In this document: positions 55,889 through 64,000 of the stretch, piece by piece
Numbering within the stretch: position 1 is the stretch's first letter
Layout: each line of letters starts with the position of its first letter
Source of the DNA: a plasmid
Length of the DNA: 64,000 bases
Sequence record: NZ_CP014126.2
Strand: one strand, 5' to 3'
The notes under the pieces: model-generated
Told to the model about the DNA's origin: nothing
What the model saw: the letters and a program-made list of their open reading frames with translations, nothing else
Database searches by the model: none
Made by a program: the position numbers and the translations under genes

Positions 55889-57735
55889 AGCGTGCCCTGC
55901 TGCTTTCTTTATGTCTGATGGCGTCCGGCGCATTCGCAGATGCGGTAAGCGACGCTTACAACGCGGGTGCAGGTTATGCCGGATCGAATAAGGGACAGGG
56001 AACCTCTGCTGCGAAGGGGACTGACCCGGCGTCAGTCATTCCGGGCTACACAGCCAATCCCCCGCAGGGCGGCTATTACGGCGGCGTACAGGGTGGCGAC
56101 GGTGGCATAGCGGATAAAGGGCAGACCCAGATCGGAAGTAACGAAGCGGGACAGGCAGTCACGGATTCTTCAACGAAGAACCCGCCTGTAACCATCGATC
56201 CCAACGCTGACTTTATCCAGAACGGCAAGAACGCAGAAGCCAACAGCGGCTCTATCGTGGACGGTACCAACAGCCAGTGCACCACGAAAGTTGTTTCAAA
56301 GTCGGTATTCGAAAACTTCACGTGCGACAGGGACGTAGCGCAGGTCCAGACCTGTGCCCGAACCGGCAGCGTTATCGTCACGGGCTCAAGCCATACGGAA
56401 ACCCGGACGATGAATATGCTGCTCAAAAACGCACGCCGCTCGGGCAAACAGGTAATAGTGGATTTCACGTTCCCTGAAACGGCTACGCTCGTCAGCGGCA
56501 CCACGCAGCTTGTTTACACGCCGGCCCCGTCCTATAACTCCGGGGTTAATTACGTCACGTCGATTCTAAACAATAACGTTACGCTCCGTTACGGTAAGAA
56601 GGCAGCGGACAACCTGGGTATCGCAGGGCTGCAGGTTAATGCAGGTCAGGTTTACTCTGCCGTGATTACCCCTGATGGCTCACGTATTGATGCCACCATC
56701 AATACGCTTATTAAGTACATTAATGACGGCACTACCCTGTTCCACCTCGACGTGACGTTTAACGTGACGGTTTCCGATAAAAAGGCCGACACAACCTGGT
56801 CTGAAAGCTGCAGCTTTGACAAATCCCAGGCTACCGCCAGCACCGGCAGTGTTTGCACCGATCCGGGCGGCTCCCGCTCGGTTACCTCTGACGGCCAGAC
56901 CTTTACCCAGACGCAGGGCTGCTGGCAGTACCAGGACAGCTACATCGTGCCTGTTAATTCCACCGGTAACTGCGCCCAGCTGATGTCTGACAGAAACTGC
57001 ACTATCGCTGCACGCGGCTGTACCGAGGCTGAAGGCGGAACGTGCATGCATGAGCAGGATACATACCAGTGTCAGACCACTTTCACCTCTCAGGGACTGC
57101 TGTGCGGCGGACAATATCTTTGTCAGAGCGGCGATTGTGACGGCACTGACGGTGCCGGCGATAGCGGCTTTGATACCGCCGTGGCCAAACTTGCCGGTCT
57201 TGCCTCCGCTGGTGATGACGTTAAAAACGGCGATCAGATAGACATCAAGGCCTTTACCGGACAGGCGCTCTACTGCCGCAAGGCGATGGCGGGCTTCTCA
57301 AACTGCTGCGTTGATACCGGCTGGGGAAACAGCTCGGGGCTGGCCAACTGCAACAGTGACGAAATGGCTATCGGCAAAGCGAAAGCTAAAAAGGTCACGG
57401 TTCTGGTCGGTGAAGCCTGCAATAAGGCTGTGCTTGGGGTGTGCGTACAGAAGAAGCAGGCTTACTGCGTGTTCGGCGGCAAACTTGCCCGCATCATTCA
57501 GGAGCAGGGCCGCCGCGATCAGCTGCACGTCAGCTTTGGCAGCGGAGACTCCCCGAACTGTCGTGGCATCACGGTTCCTGAACTGCAGGCCATTAACTTT
57601 GATCTGATTAACTTCCAGGACTTCTACAGCGACCTGATGGCCAACCAGAAAATCCCTGACTCAGCGACGATGGTTCAGCAGGCTAAGGACCGCATTGCCG
57701 CGCAGGTTAATGCGCAGACAGGAGGTAAAAAATGA
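55885..57735 (+). CDS. traN: TraN, Cys-rich outer-membrane mating-pair stabilisation protein
   Basis: 616 aa; signal peptide; C-terminal third has ~20 Cys in the conserved TraN spacing (CxxC...CQSGDCDG...CC). Confidence 0.85.
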   Translation: MKRALLLSLCLMASGAFADAVSDAYNAGAGYAGSNKGQGTSAAKGTDPASVIPGYTANPPQGGYYGGVQGGDGGIADKGQTQIGSNEAGQAVTDSSTKNPPVTIDPNADFIQNGKNAEANSGSIVDGTNSQCTTKVVSKSVFENFTCDRDVAQVQTCARTGSVIVTGSSHTETRTMNMLLKNARRSGKQVIVDFTFPETATLVSGTTQLVYTPAPSYNSGVNYVTSILNNNVTLRYGKKAADNLGIAGLQVNAGQVYSAVITPDGSRIDATINTLIKYINDGTTLFHLDVTFNVTVSDKKADTTWSESCSFDKSQATASTGSVCTDPGGSRSVTSDGQTFTQTQGCWQYQDSYIVPVNSTGNCAQLMSDRNCTIAARGCTEAEGGTCMHEQDTYQCQTTFTSQGLLCGGQYLCQSGDCDGTDGAGDSGFDTAVAKLAGLASAGDDVKNGDQIDIKAFTGQALYCRKAMAGFSNCCVDTGWGNSSGLANCNSDEMAIGKAKAKKVTVLVGEACNKAVLGVCVQKKQAYCVFGGKLARIIQEQGRRDQLHVSFGSGDSPNCRGITVPELQAINFDLINFQDFYSDLMANQKIPDSATMVQQAKDRIAAQVNAQTGGKK

Positions 57736-58529
57736 AACCACTGCTGATAGCCCTGCTGCTGATGGCATGTACGGGGCAGGCCGTGGCGGACGATGCGCCG
57801 CCCGCTGACGGGGTGGTGACGCCGGCCGACCCGTTTACCGGTTGGCACTGGTACAACGAGCCGAAGAAAAAGCCGGAACCGCCTGCACCAAAAGCGCAGC
57901 CCGCGCCGCAGGTGCCGGACTTCAGCAGGCTGTCACCGTCAGAGCAGGCGGACGTTCTGAAAGCGTACACAAAGGAGGCGCTGAACAACGCCATACTCCA
58001 TCCGTCCGCAGAGCATACCGCCACGTTCCTGCGCTGGCAGAAGTTCTGGACCGACCGGGCCTCGATGTTCAGCCAGTCATTCGCGGTGGCGCAGCTTGAC
58101 CATCCTGATCTCGACTACAACCTTGACCATCCGCACTACAACAGCACCGCGCCGCTGCAGCAGGCACGGGACCAGCAGGAACAGACGCAGGCCATCAGCC
58201 AGCTTTCCGGGCAGTACGGGCTGTTCTACTTCTACCGCGGCAGTGACCCGATTGATGCGCAGATGGCGGGCGTGGTGGCGGACTTCGCCCGCCTGCGTCA
58301 CATTTCGCTGATACCGGTGAGTGTGGACGGCACGGTGTCCCCGCAGGTGCCCGACAGCCGGCCGGACGCCGGTCAGAGCGCGCGCATGGGCATCAGCCAC
58401 TATCCGGCGCTGTTCCTGGTTGACCCGAAGTCAAAAAGCTTCCGTCCGCTCGCCTACGGTTTTATGACGCAGGACGACCTGGCGAAGCGCTTTCTTAACG
58501 TGGCCACCGGCTTTAAGCCTAACTTCTGA
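57732..58529 (+). CDS. traF: TraF (thioredoxin-fold, no CxxC)
   Basis: GWHWYNEPK...; C-terminus SFRPLAYGFMTQDDLAKRFLNVATGFKPNF almost matches F TraF (SVRPLSYGFISQDDLAKQFLNVSEDFKPNF). Confidence 0.9.
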   Translation: MKPLLIALLLMACTGQAVADDAPPADGVVTPADPFTGWHWYNEPKKKPEPPAPKAQPAPQVPDFSRLSPSEQADVLKAYTKEALNNAILHPSAEHTATFLRWQKFWTDRASMFSQSFAVAQLDHPDLDYNLDHPHYNSTAPLQQARDQQEQTQAISQLSGQYGLFYFYRGSDPIDAQMAGVVADFARLRHISLIPVSVDGTVSPQVPDSRPDAGQSARMGISHYPALFLVDPKSKSFRPLAYGFMTQDDLAKRFLNVATGFKPNF

Positions 58530-58539
58530 GGACCTGATT

Positions 58540-59010
58540 ATGCTGACACTCTCACCTGTCTGGCACGGGCGGCTGCGCGCTGCGCGGCTGGTACAAAACC
58601 TCCTGCTGCAGACGCTCGTTATCCATCCGGCGCTTCTGTTCTTTCTGCTGTTCCTGCTCAGTGCACACGGCGCCGGTGGTGCCGGGCAGATGCTTGTGAA
58701 CGAGGCCGAAAGGATGGTGCGCGACGCGCCGGCGGGAGAAGTGTGGGGCTGCGTATCGCAGGCCATGCCCGTGGAGAGCTGGCCGTTAGTTCCTGATACT
58801 TCACGGGATAAGGCCGCACCGGTCAGCAGTGATATCAAGCCTGCACCACCGGCAGCAATGTGCGTAAAGGCGGCGGTGAGCCGCGATGCGTGGGCGGCGC
58901 AGACTAATGACACGCTGCTGTTCCTCTATAAGGCTGGCGTGGTGCTTTCCGTCATATCAAGCCTGGCGGTGAGACATTTCCGCCGCCGGGCAATTGGAGA
59001 AAACGTATGA
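58540..59010 (+). CDS. membrane protein in the TrbA position
   Basis: 156 aa with 2-3 hydrophobic segments; between traF and traQ, as trbA is in F. Confidence 0.35.
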   Translation: MLTLSPVWHGRLRAARLVQNLLLQTLVIHPALLFFLLFLLSAHGAGGAGQMLVNEAERMVRDAPAGEVWGCVSQAMPVESWPLVPDTSRDKAAPVSSDIKPAPPAAMCVKAAVSRDAWAAQTNDTLLFLYKAGVVLSVISSLAVRHFRRRAIGENV

Positions 59011-59219
59011 ACAGACTTCCCCTCATCATTACGCTGTTTATGGCGGGCATCATTTTTAACTGCCTGCGACAGTTGCTGGCATGGTCTGCCAGCTTCACGT
59101 ATGACGTACTTGCCGGCGCTTCATTAGCCTGTCTGGTGCTGGTTGCGATGGGCCTCATTGCGGAACTGATTGCCTGGCGAAGGTCGCGCGGCGGCCGGGG
59201 AGGCCATCATGAAGCTTAA
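59007..59219 (+). CDS. traQ: TraQ-like pilin chaperone (small inner-membrane protein)
   Basis: 70 aa, two transmembrane segments; in the F gene-order position. Confidence 0.45.
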   Translation: MNRLPLIITLFMAGIIFNCLRQLLAWSASFTYDVLAGASLACLVLVAMGLIAELIAWRRSRGGRGGHHEA

Positions 59220-59832
59220 TGTGCTGATGACGGTATTGCTGATACTGCCTGTATTCGTACAGGCGTCGGTGGCTTCGGATATTGCAGCGCTGGAGCAGAC
59301 GAAGTTACAGCGCGGTGCGCAGCTGCCGGATTTCGGATTACCCGGGGCCAGCCTGGTGCGGGCGGCGCCCGTAAAACCACCCCGGATGATGGCCCTTTCA
59401 GACGGGCGGCAGGTGAACCTGAATGACTATGCGGTGGTGGTTTTTATGCAGCGCGGCTGTCAGTACAGCGCGAAGTTCGATCCGCTGCTGAAGTCCTGGG
59501 CTGATGAGGAAGGAATAAAGGTGTACCCCTACACACTTGACGGCTACGGGGACGCGGCCTTTCCGGTGGCGCTTATCCCGCGTAAAGCGGGACCGAACGA
59601 GCCGATTGCCGGTGAAATTCTGACGTTCTTCGGTAATGGCCTGCCCATCGCCACGCCGACCACGTTTATGGTCAACGTTAACACCAACGTGGCCTACCCG
59701 CTTTTTCAGGGAGAGACGGATATGGGAACGATGAGCCAGCGCCTGGCACAGATGATCGAAGCCGATATCGATAACCTTCCACCGGACACGCTGGGTCCGG
59801 TACCAAGCAGCGCCTCACTGACTCCGCAGTAA
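59209..59832 (+). CDS. trbB: TrbB (periplasmic thioredoxin-like disulfide isomerase)
   Basis: Signal peptide MKLNVLMTVLLILPVFVQASV; FMQRGCQYSAKF CxxS/C-type motif. In the F position. Confidence 0.6.
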   Translation: MKLNVLMTVLLILPVFVQASVASDIAALEQTKLQRGAQLPDFGLPGASLVRAAPVKPPRMMALSDGRQVNLNDYAVVVFMQRGCQYSAKFDPLLKSWADEEGIKVYPYTLDGYGDAAFPVALIPRKAGPNEPIAGEILTFFGNGLPIATPTTFMVNVNTNVAYPLFQGETDMGTMSQRLAQMIEADIDNLPPDTLGPVPSSASLTPQ

Positions 59833-59863
59833 TGAAGGCAGCTTTACCGCTCACGGAACACCT

Positions 59864-60142
59864 ATGACTGAAAAAACTTTAACGCTCTCGCGACTTGAGA
59901 CTGCGCTGTTGATTGTCTGCGCCTCGCTGCTGGCTGCAGCCTGCCTTTACGCCTGGCTCGTCTGCGACCTTGCTGGCCCGATAAACGGCATGTCTTACGG
60001 TTCGGATGCGCTGGTCCTCAGCGGCCTGCAACTCTACCCGTTACTTTTCCTTTTTTCCCTTGCCGGAGGCTTAGGCTTCGGCGCACTGACCAGCATCACA
60101 CTGCGCCGGCACGGATTTATGGCTGACCGGAGTTTTCAATGA
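59864..60142 (+). CDS. TrbJ-like small membrane protein
   Basis: 92 aa, two transmembrane segments; in the F position before traH. Confidence 0.4.
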   Translation: MTEKTLTLSRLETALLIVCASLLAAACLYAWLVCDLAGPINGMSYGSDALVLSGLQLYPLLFLFSLAGGLGFGALTSITLRRHGFMADRSFQ

Positions 60143-60176
60143 CAGAACGTATACATTTACAGACGGGGAAAACACC

Positions 60177-61544
60177 ATGAATCTGCGTCAGTTCCTCACA
60201 GGCGCTCTGGCTGCCCTTACCCTGAGTATGCCGGCCTTTGCCGATGTGCAGGGTGACCTGAACGGCTACTTTGGCAGCCTCGGCTTTGACGGCAACGTGT
60301 CAAAGGCGCAGGCATGGCAGGGTCAGGCCGCAGGCTATGTCACCGGCGGCTCAATTTATCTGCGTAACCCGGTCAAACAGGTGCAGCTCATCTCGATGCA
60401 GGTGCCGTCACTCAACGCCGGCTGCGGCGGCATTGACTCCTATCTGGGTGCCTTTTCCTATATCAACGGGGCAGAGCTGCAGCGCTTCGTTAAGCAAATC
60501 ATGAGCAATGCCGCCGGATATGCTTTTGATCTCGCACTGCAAACGATGGTGCCGGAGCTCAAACAGGCTAAGGATTTCCTGCAGAAGCTGGCCTCTGATG
60601 TGAACTCAGCCAACATGAGTTCGTGCCAGGCAGCGCAGGGCATTATTGGAGGTCTGTGGCCGGTATCTCAGGTGTCAAACCAGAAAATCTGCCAGGACAT
60701 TGCTGGCGAGAGCAATATTTTCTCCGACTGGGCGGCGTCGCGTCAGGGCTGCACAGTAGGTGGTCAGGGTGACAGCGTCACCGGAAGGGCTGCTGACAAC
60801 ATGAAGGACCAGGTGCTGAAGAACAAGAATCTCATCTGGGATGCGCTGGGTCGCAATCACCTGTTTGACGGTAACCGCCAACTGAAGGAGCTGGTAATGA
60901 GCGTGGTGGGCTCCATCATTTTCAATAAAGCCGGCCAGGTCACCGTCCTTACGCCACTGGTTGATAACCGCGACATCATCACCGTGCTGATGCGCGGCGG
61001 CACCGCGAAAATGTACGGCTGCGACGAACAGGATCTTTGTCTCGGCCCCACGGTAACAAACGTCACAGTCAGTAGTGACGTCGCCCTGGTTACGCAGGTA
61101 CGTAATCTGATGATCTCTATCGACAGTAAGCTTACTGCTGATACCGGTCTGTCAGACAGGGAGAAGGGCTTTATTAATACCACTTCAGTTCCGGTGCTTA
61201 AGTATCTGACCAACTCACGCAGCATGGGCATGAGTCCGACCTACCTGATACAGGTAGCCGATTTTATCGCTCAGGACATGATGATCCAGTATCTGCAGGA
61301 ACTGGTAAAGCAAGCCAGTCAGTCGCTGGCAGGTAAAAACTTCCCCGAGCAGGCGGCAGGCGAGCTTCGTAACAACGTTCTGGCTGCAACCTCGCTACTG
61401 GCACAGATGAAACTGCAGTCTACAGCCGATCAAAATGCGCTGGACGGCATTGATCGCAATATGCAGTACCTGCAGCAGCAGGTGTCGACCATTATCTCAA
61501 CGTCTTATCAGGGCAACTATAAATGGGGAACTGGCCATGACTGA
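60177..61544 (+). CDS. traH: TraH
   Basis: 455 aa, signal peptide; conserved NAGCGGIDSYLGAFSYING block and C-terminal coiled-coil region. Confidence 0.85.
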   Translation: MNLRQFLTGALAALTLSMPAFADVQGDLNGYFGSLGFDGNVSKAQAWQGQAAGYVTGGSIYLRNPVKQVQLISMQVPSLNAGCGGIDSYLGAFSYINGAELQRFVKQIMSNAAGYAFDLALQTMVPELKQAKDFLQKLASDVNSANMSSCQAAQGIIGGLWPVSQVSNQKICQDIAGESNIFSDWAASRQGCTVGGQGDSVTGRAADNMKDQVLKNKNLIWDALGRNHLFDGNRQLKELVMSVVGSIIFNKAGQVTVLTPLVDNRDIITVLMRGGTAKMYGCDEQDLCLGPTVTNVTVSSDVALVTQVRNLMISIDSKLTADTGLSDREKGFINTTSVPVLKYLTNSRSMGMSPTYLIQVADFIAQDMMIQYLQELVKQASQSLAGKNFPEQAAGELRNNVLAATSLLAQMKLQSTADQNALDGIDRNMQYLQQQVSTIISTSYQGNYKWGTGHD

Positions 61545-64000
61545 AATCTGGACCATATACGGCGGGGACATGTGGCGACAGGTGTTCAACGGCGTTGTTA
61601 CCGTTCTTGGCGCTGATACCTTTACCACTCTGTTACGCATCGTCAGCATGTTCGGAGTGCTGGGTGTAGCCGTAACATTCGTTAAAACCAGAAACCCCTT
61701 GGTTTTCCTTCATTATCTGGCGGTATTCATGCTTATCACCTCTGCGCTACTGGTTCCCAAGCGCAGCGTGCAGATACATGACATTACCGATCCGGCGGCA
61801 GTTTATCAGGTTGATAACGTGCCGGTGGGACTGGCCATGATTGCCGGGCTTTCCACAGGTGCAGGTTATGGCGTGGCACAGCTGTATGACTACGTTTTTG
61901 CGCGGCCTGACTCGCTGACTTACACGAAGACGGGCATGCTGTTCGGATCTCAGGTCATTGCGCAGACGACAGACTTTCGTACGCAGAACCCGGAGCTTTC
62001 GCAGATGCTTACGGATTACGTAGAGAACTGTGTGGTAGGTGACATCCTGCTTAATAACAAATACACCATAGCGCAACTGCTTAATAGTACTGACCCACTG
62101 ACTCTTATCACGAACAACCCGAGCCCATTACGCGGACTTTATCAGGATGCCGGAGGAGGAAGACAATTTATCACCTGTCAGCAGGCGGCTGCAGTGATAA
62201 AGAACCTTATCGGGGCGGATGTACGGATCGGCGGAACCACCTGGCATCAGCTTGCTACGCGAGTATTTGGTAATCGGGTCAATGCCGATGCGCTTCTGGG
62301 TAATGCGATGGATGAAAGTTATAACTTTTTCTATGCAGGCGGCCTGAGTGCTGCACAGATTATGCGAAATAATATTACCAATGCGGCCGTACGTGACGGC
62401 TGGAAAGGATTCGCGGCACGCTCTTCAGACACGGCCAACCTGGTTAACCTGGCGACGGAGTCCAGTATGACCAAGCAGCGCCTGAGCTGGGCCTCATTCG
62501 GAAGCATCATGGGTCGAATGCTTCCGATGTTTCAGTCGTTGCTAATGCTCATCCTGATCGCACTGTTCCCGTTAATGATTGCGCTGGCGCTGACCAACCA
62601 CACCATATTTGGACTTAATACGCTGAAAATATATGCTGGCGGCTTTCTGTACTTCCAGATGTGGCCTGTGATGTATGCGATCCTTAACTCACTGGCAAAC
62701 TTTTATTTACAGTCGAAAACCGGTACCACGGCGCTGGTATTATCTAATCAGGATCAGGTGGCATTGCAGCACTCAGATGCAGCCAATATCGCAGGATATC
62801 TGAGTGCATCTATTCCGGCGCTGTCGTTCTATCTGACAAAGGGGGCTGGGGCTATTGCTTCACAGGTGGCGGGCAGCGTCATCAGTTCGGCAGCATTCTC
62901 GACGGGTGGACAGGCATCGACTACGGCGGACGGCAACTGGTCGTTTAACAACATGTCGATGGATAACGTTAATGCAAACAAGTTCGACACAAATATGATG
63001 CATCGCTCCGGTTCGCAGTCACTCCAGACCGGTAATGGCGCAATGCATACGCAGACTGCAGACGGACATAATGTCTACGATACCAGCGGAGCGGTATCAA
63101 CCCTGCCAGTGAATATGCGTCTCAGTGCGCTGGCCAGCAGCGGATACTCCGAACAGGCGCGACAGGCCCAGCAACAGGCACAAAGCTCGCTGGATGGCTA
63201 TAACCATAGCGTCACCAGCGGGTTCCAGCAGTTGCATCAGCTGACAACTCAGACTGGCAACAGCGATAGCGTGACGCAGGGTAGCGATAGCAGTGTGGCA
63301 ACCAACGTCAGCCGTGGCGCCAGCAAAATGCAGTCGGCTGTTGAGAGCTATGCGAAGTCTCATAATGTCTCTGAGCAGCAGGCATATAACAAGCTCATGG
63401 ATATAAGCAATCAGGGCAGTGCAGGCACCGGTATCAGGGGACAGGTTAAATTTGACTCTGGTGACCAGCTGGCAGGTAAACTTGGTAAGTGGGCTACTGG
63501 TGTCAGCGCCGGTGGTGAGGCCAGTGTAAACGCTGACTGGCGTCACTCTTCTGGCAGTTCGCACGGCACACAGGATACAAATGCTGAGGGACGAGATCAT
63601 CGCCAGGACCAAAGCAGTCAGGAGGCACGCGACTTCCGTGAGGGTATGGACATGATCACTTCCACCCGCCTCAGCGAGTCGGGGAATCACACCGACAACC
63701 AGTCAAACTCTCAGGTTCAGCAGTTTGCAGCTACGCTTAACGACGCTAAGAGCCAGTACCATCAGTACACCGAAAGCAGCACACGCAGCCAGGAACTCAG
63801 CCGTATGGCCACTCTGTCACAGACACAGAGTGCAAGCCTGGACGCAAACTACAATCAGGAGTTTGTGGACTGGACTACCGCAAAATATGGCAGCGACGCG
63901 CAGAACATTCTGACCAATGTGAAAGGTGCAGAGGGTGCAGCGATGGAGTTCATGCACGAGCGGCTTGAACCGCAGATTATGAAAAACTATGTTGACCGTA
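61537..64000 (+). CDS. traG: TraG (VirB6-like N-terminal membrane domain plus mating-pair stabilisation domain); 3' end beyond the window
   Basis: ATG at 61537 overlaps the traH stop. Open frame to the window end (>820 codons). MTEIWTIYGGDMWRQVFNGV...polytopic N-terminus typical of TraG. Not in the ORF track because no stop occurs inside the window. Confidence 0.8.
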   Translation, partial: MTEIWTIYGGDMWRQVFNGVVTVLGADTFTTLLRIVSMFGVLGVAVTFVKTRNPLVFLHYLAVFMLITSALLVPKRSVQIHDITDPAAVYQVDNVPVGLAMIAGLSTGAGYGVAQLYDYVFARPDSLTYTKTGMLFGSQVIAQTTDFRTQNPELSQMLTDYVENCVVGDILLNNKYTIAQLLNSTDPLTLITNNPSPLRGLYQDAGGGRQFITCQQAAAVIKNLIGADVRIGGTTWHQLATRVFGNRVNADALLGNAMDESYNFFYAGGLSAAQIMRNNITNAAVRDGWKGFAARSSDTANLVNLATESSMTKQRLSWASFGSIMGRMLPMFQSLLMLILIALFPLMIALALTNHTIFGLNTLKIYAGGFLYFQMWPVMYAILNSLANFYLQSKTGTTALVLSNQDQVALQHSDAANIAGYLSASIPALSFYLTKGAGAIASQVAGSVISSAAFSTGGQASTTADGNWSFNNMSMDNVNANKFDTNMMHRSGSQSLQTGNGAMHTQTADGHNVYDTSGAVSTLPVNMRLSALASSGYSEQARQAQQQAQSSLDGYNHSVTSGFQQLHQLTTQTGNSDSVTQGSDSSVATNVSRGASKMQSAVESYAKSHNVSEQQAYNKLMDISNQGSAGTGIRGQVKFDSGDQLAGKLGKWATGVSAGGEASVNADWRHSSGSSHGTQDTNAEGRDHRQDQSSQEARDFREGMDMITSTRLSESGNHTDNQSNSQVQQFAATLNDAKSQYHQYTESSTRSQELSRMATLSQTQSASLDANYNQEFVDWTTAKYGSDAQNILTNVKGAEGAAMEFMHERLEPQIMKNYVDR

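Overview
This window reads as one contiguous piece of an F-like (MOB-F / type IV secretion F-type) conjugative plasmid from a high-GC enterobacterium. From left to right it contains:

- **Partition loci.** A type Ib locus (small ParA plus an RHH ParG-like protein) and a type II locus (ParM/StbA plus ParR) sit back to back. Clusters of the palindromic octamer TGCAGCAA/TTGCTGCA lie upstream of parA and between the two loci.
- **An insertion in umuC.** A umuDC operon on the minus strand has its umuC gene split by a ~11 kb integrative element. The element carries a two-gene tyrosine-recombinase module at one end and has inverted end motifs. Its cargo is a fluoride-riboswitch-led operon ppaC(DHH pyrophosphatase)-usp-eno-gpmA-crcB, plus a YVTN beta-propeller, TDT(TehA-like) transporter and UDG-fold protein set. 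It is therefore a mobile fluoride-resistance island.
- **SOS/repair genes.** A LexA box, an SRAP/YedK-like peptidase gene, and a second, divergent umuD-like/umuC operon. Its UmuD homologue begins at the post-cleavage position and has a Ser->Cys, Lys->Arg catalytic dyad.
- **Leading region.** An orphan DNA methyltransferase, ardA, a ParB-like protein, psiB-psiA, a catalytically degenerate N6-methylase-like gene and a higBA-like toxin-antitoxin pair. It also holds three near-identical ~0.5 kb repeat copies (ssDNA-promoter/Frpo-like), each fused to the first 17 codons of a different downstream gene, and a (GCCACT)9 microsatellite.
- **oriT.** An F-type nic sequence (GCGTGGGGTGT) next to tandem 23-bp repeats, followed by traM.
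- **Unusual regulatory module.** Between traM and traA, where traJ/traY normally sit, there is an AT-rich minus-strand cluster: sensor histidine kinase, periplasmic protein, GNAT, and an HTH+REC regulator.
- **tra operon.** traA-L-E-K-B, an RfaH/NusG paralogue, traV-C-trbI-traW, five unknown genes inserted before traU, then trbC-traN-traF-(trbA)-traQ-trbB-trbJ-traH-traG (truncated at the window end).

All calls come from reading the translations and sequence; no database search was run.
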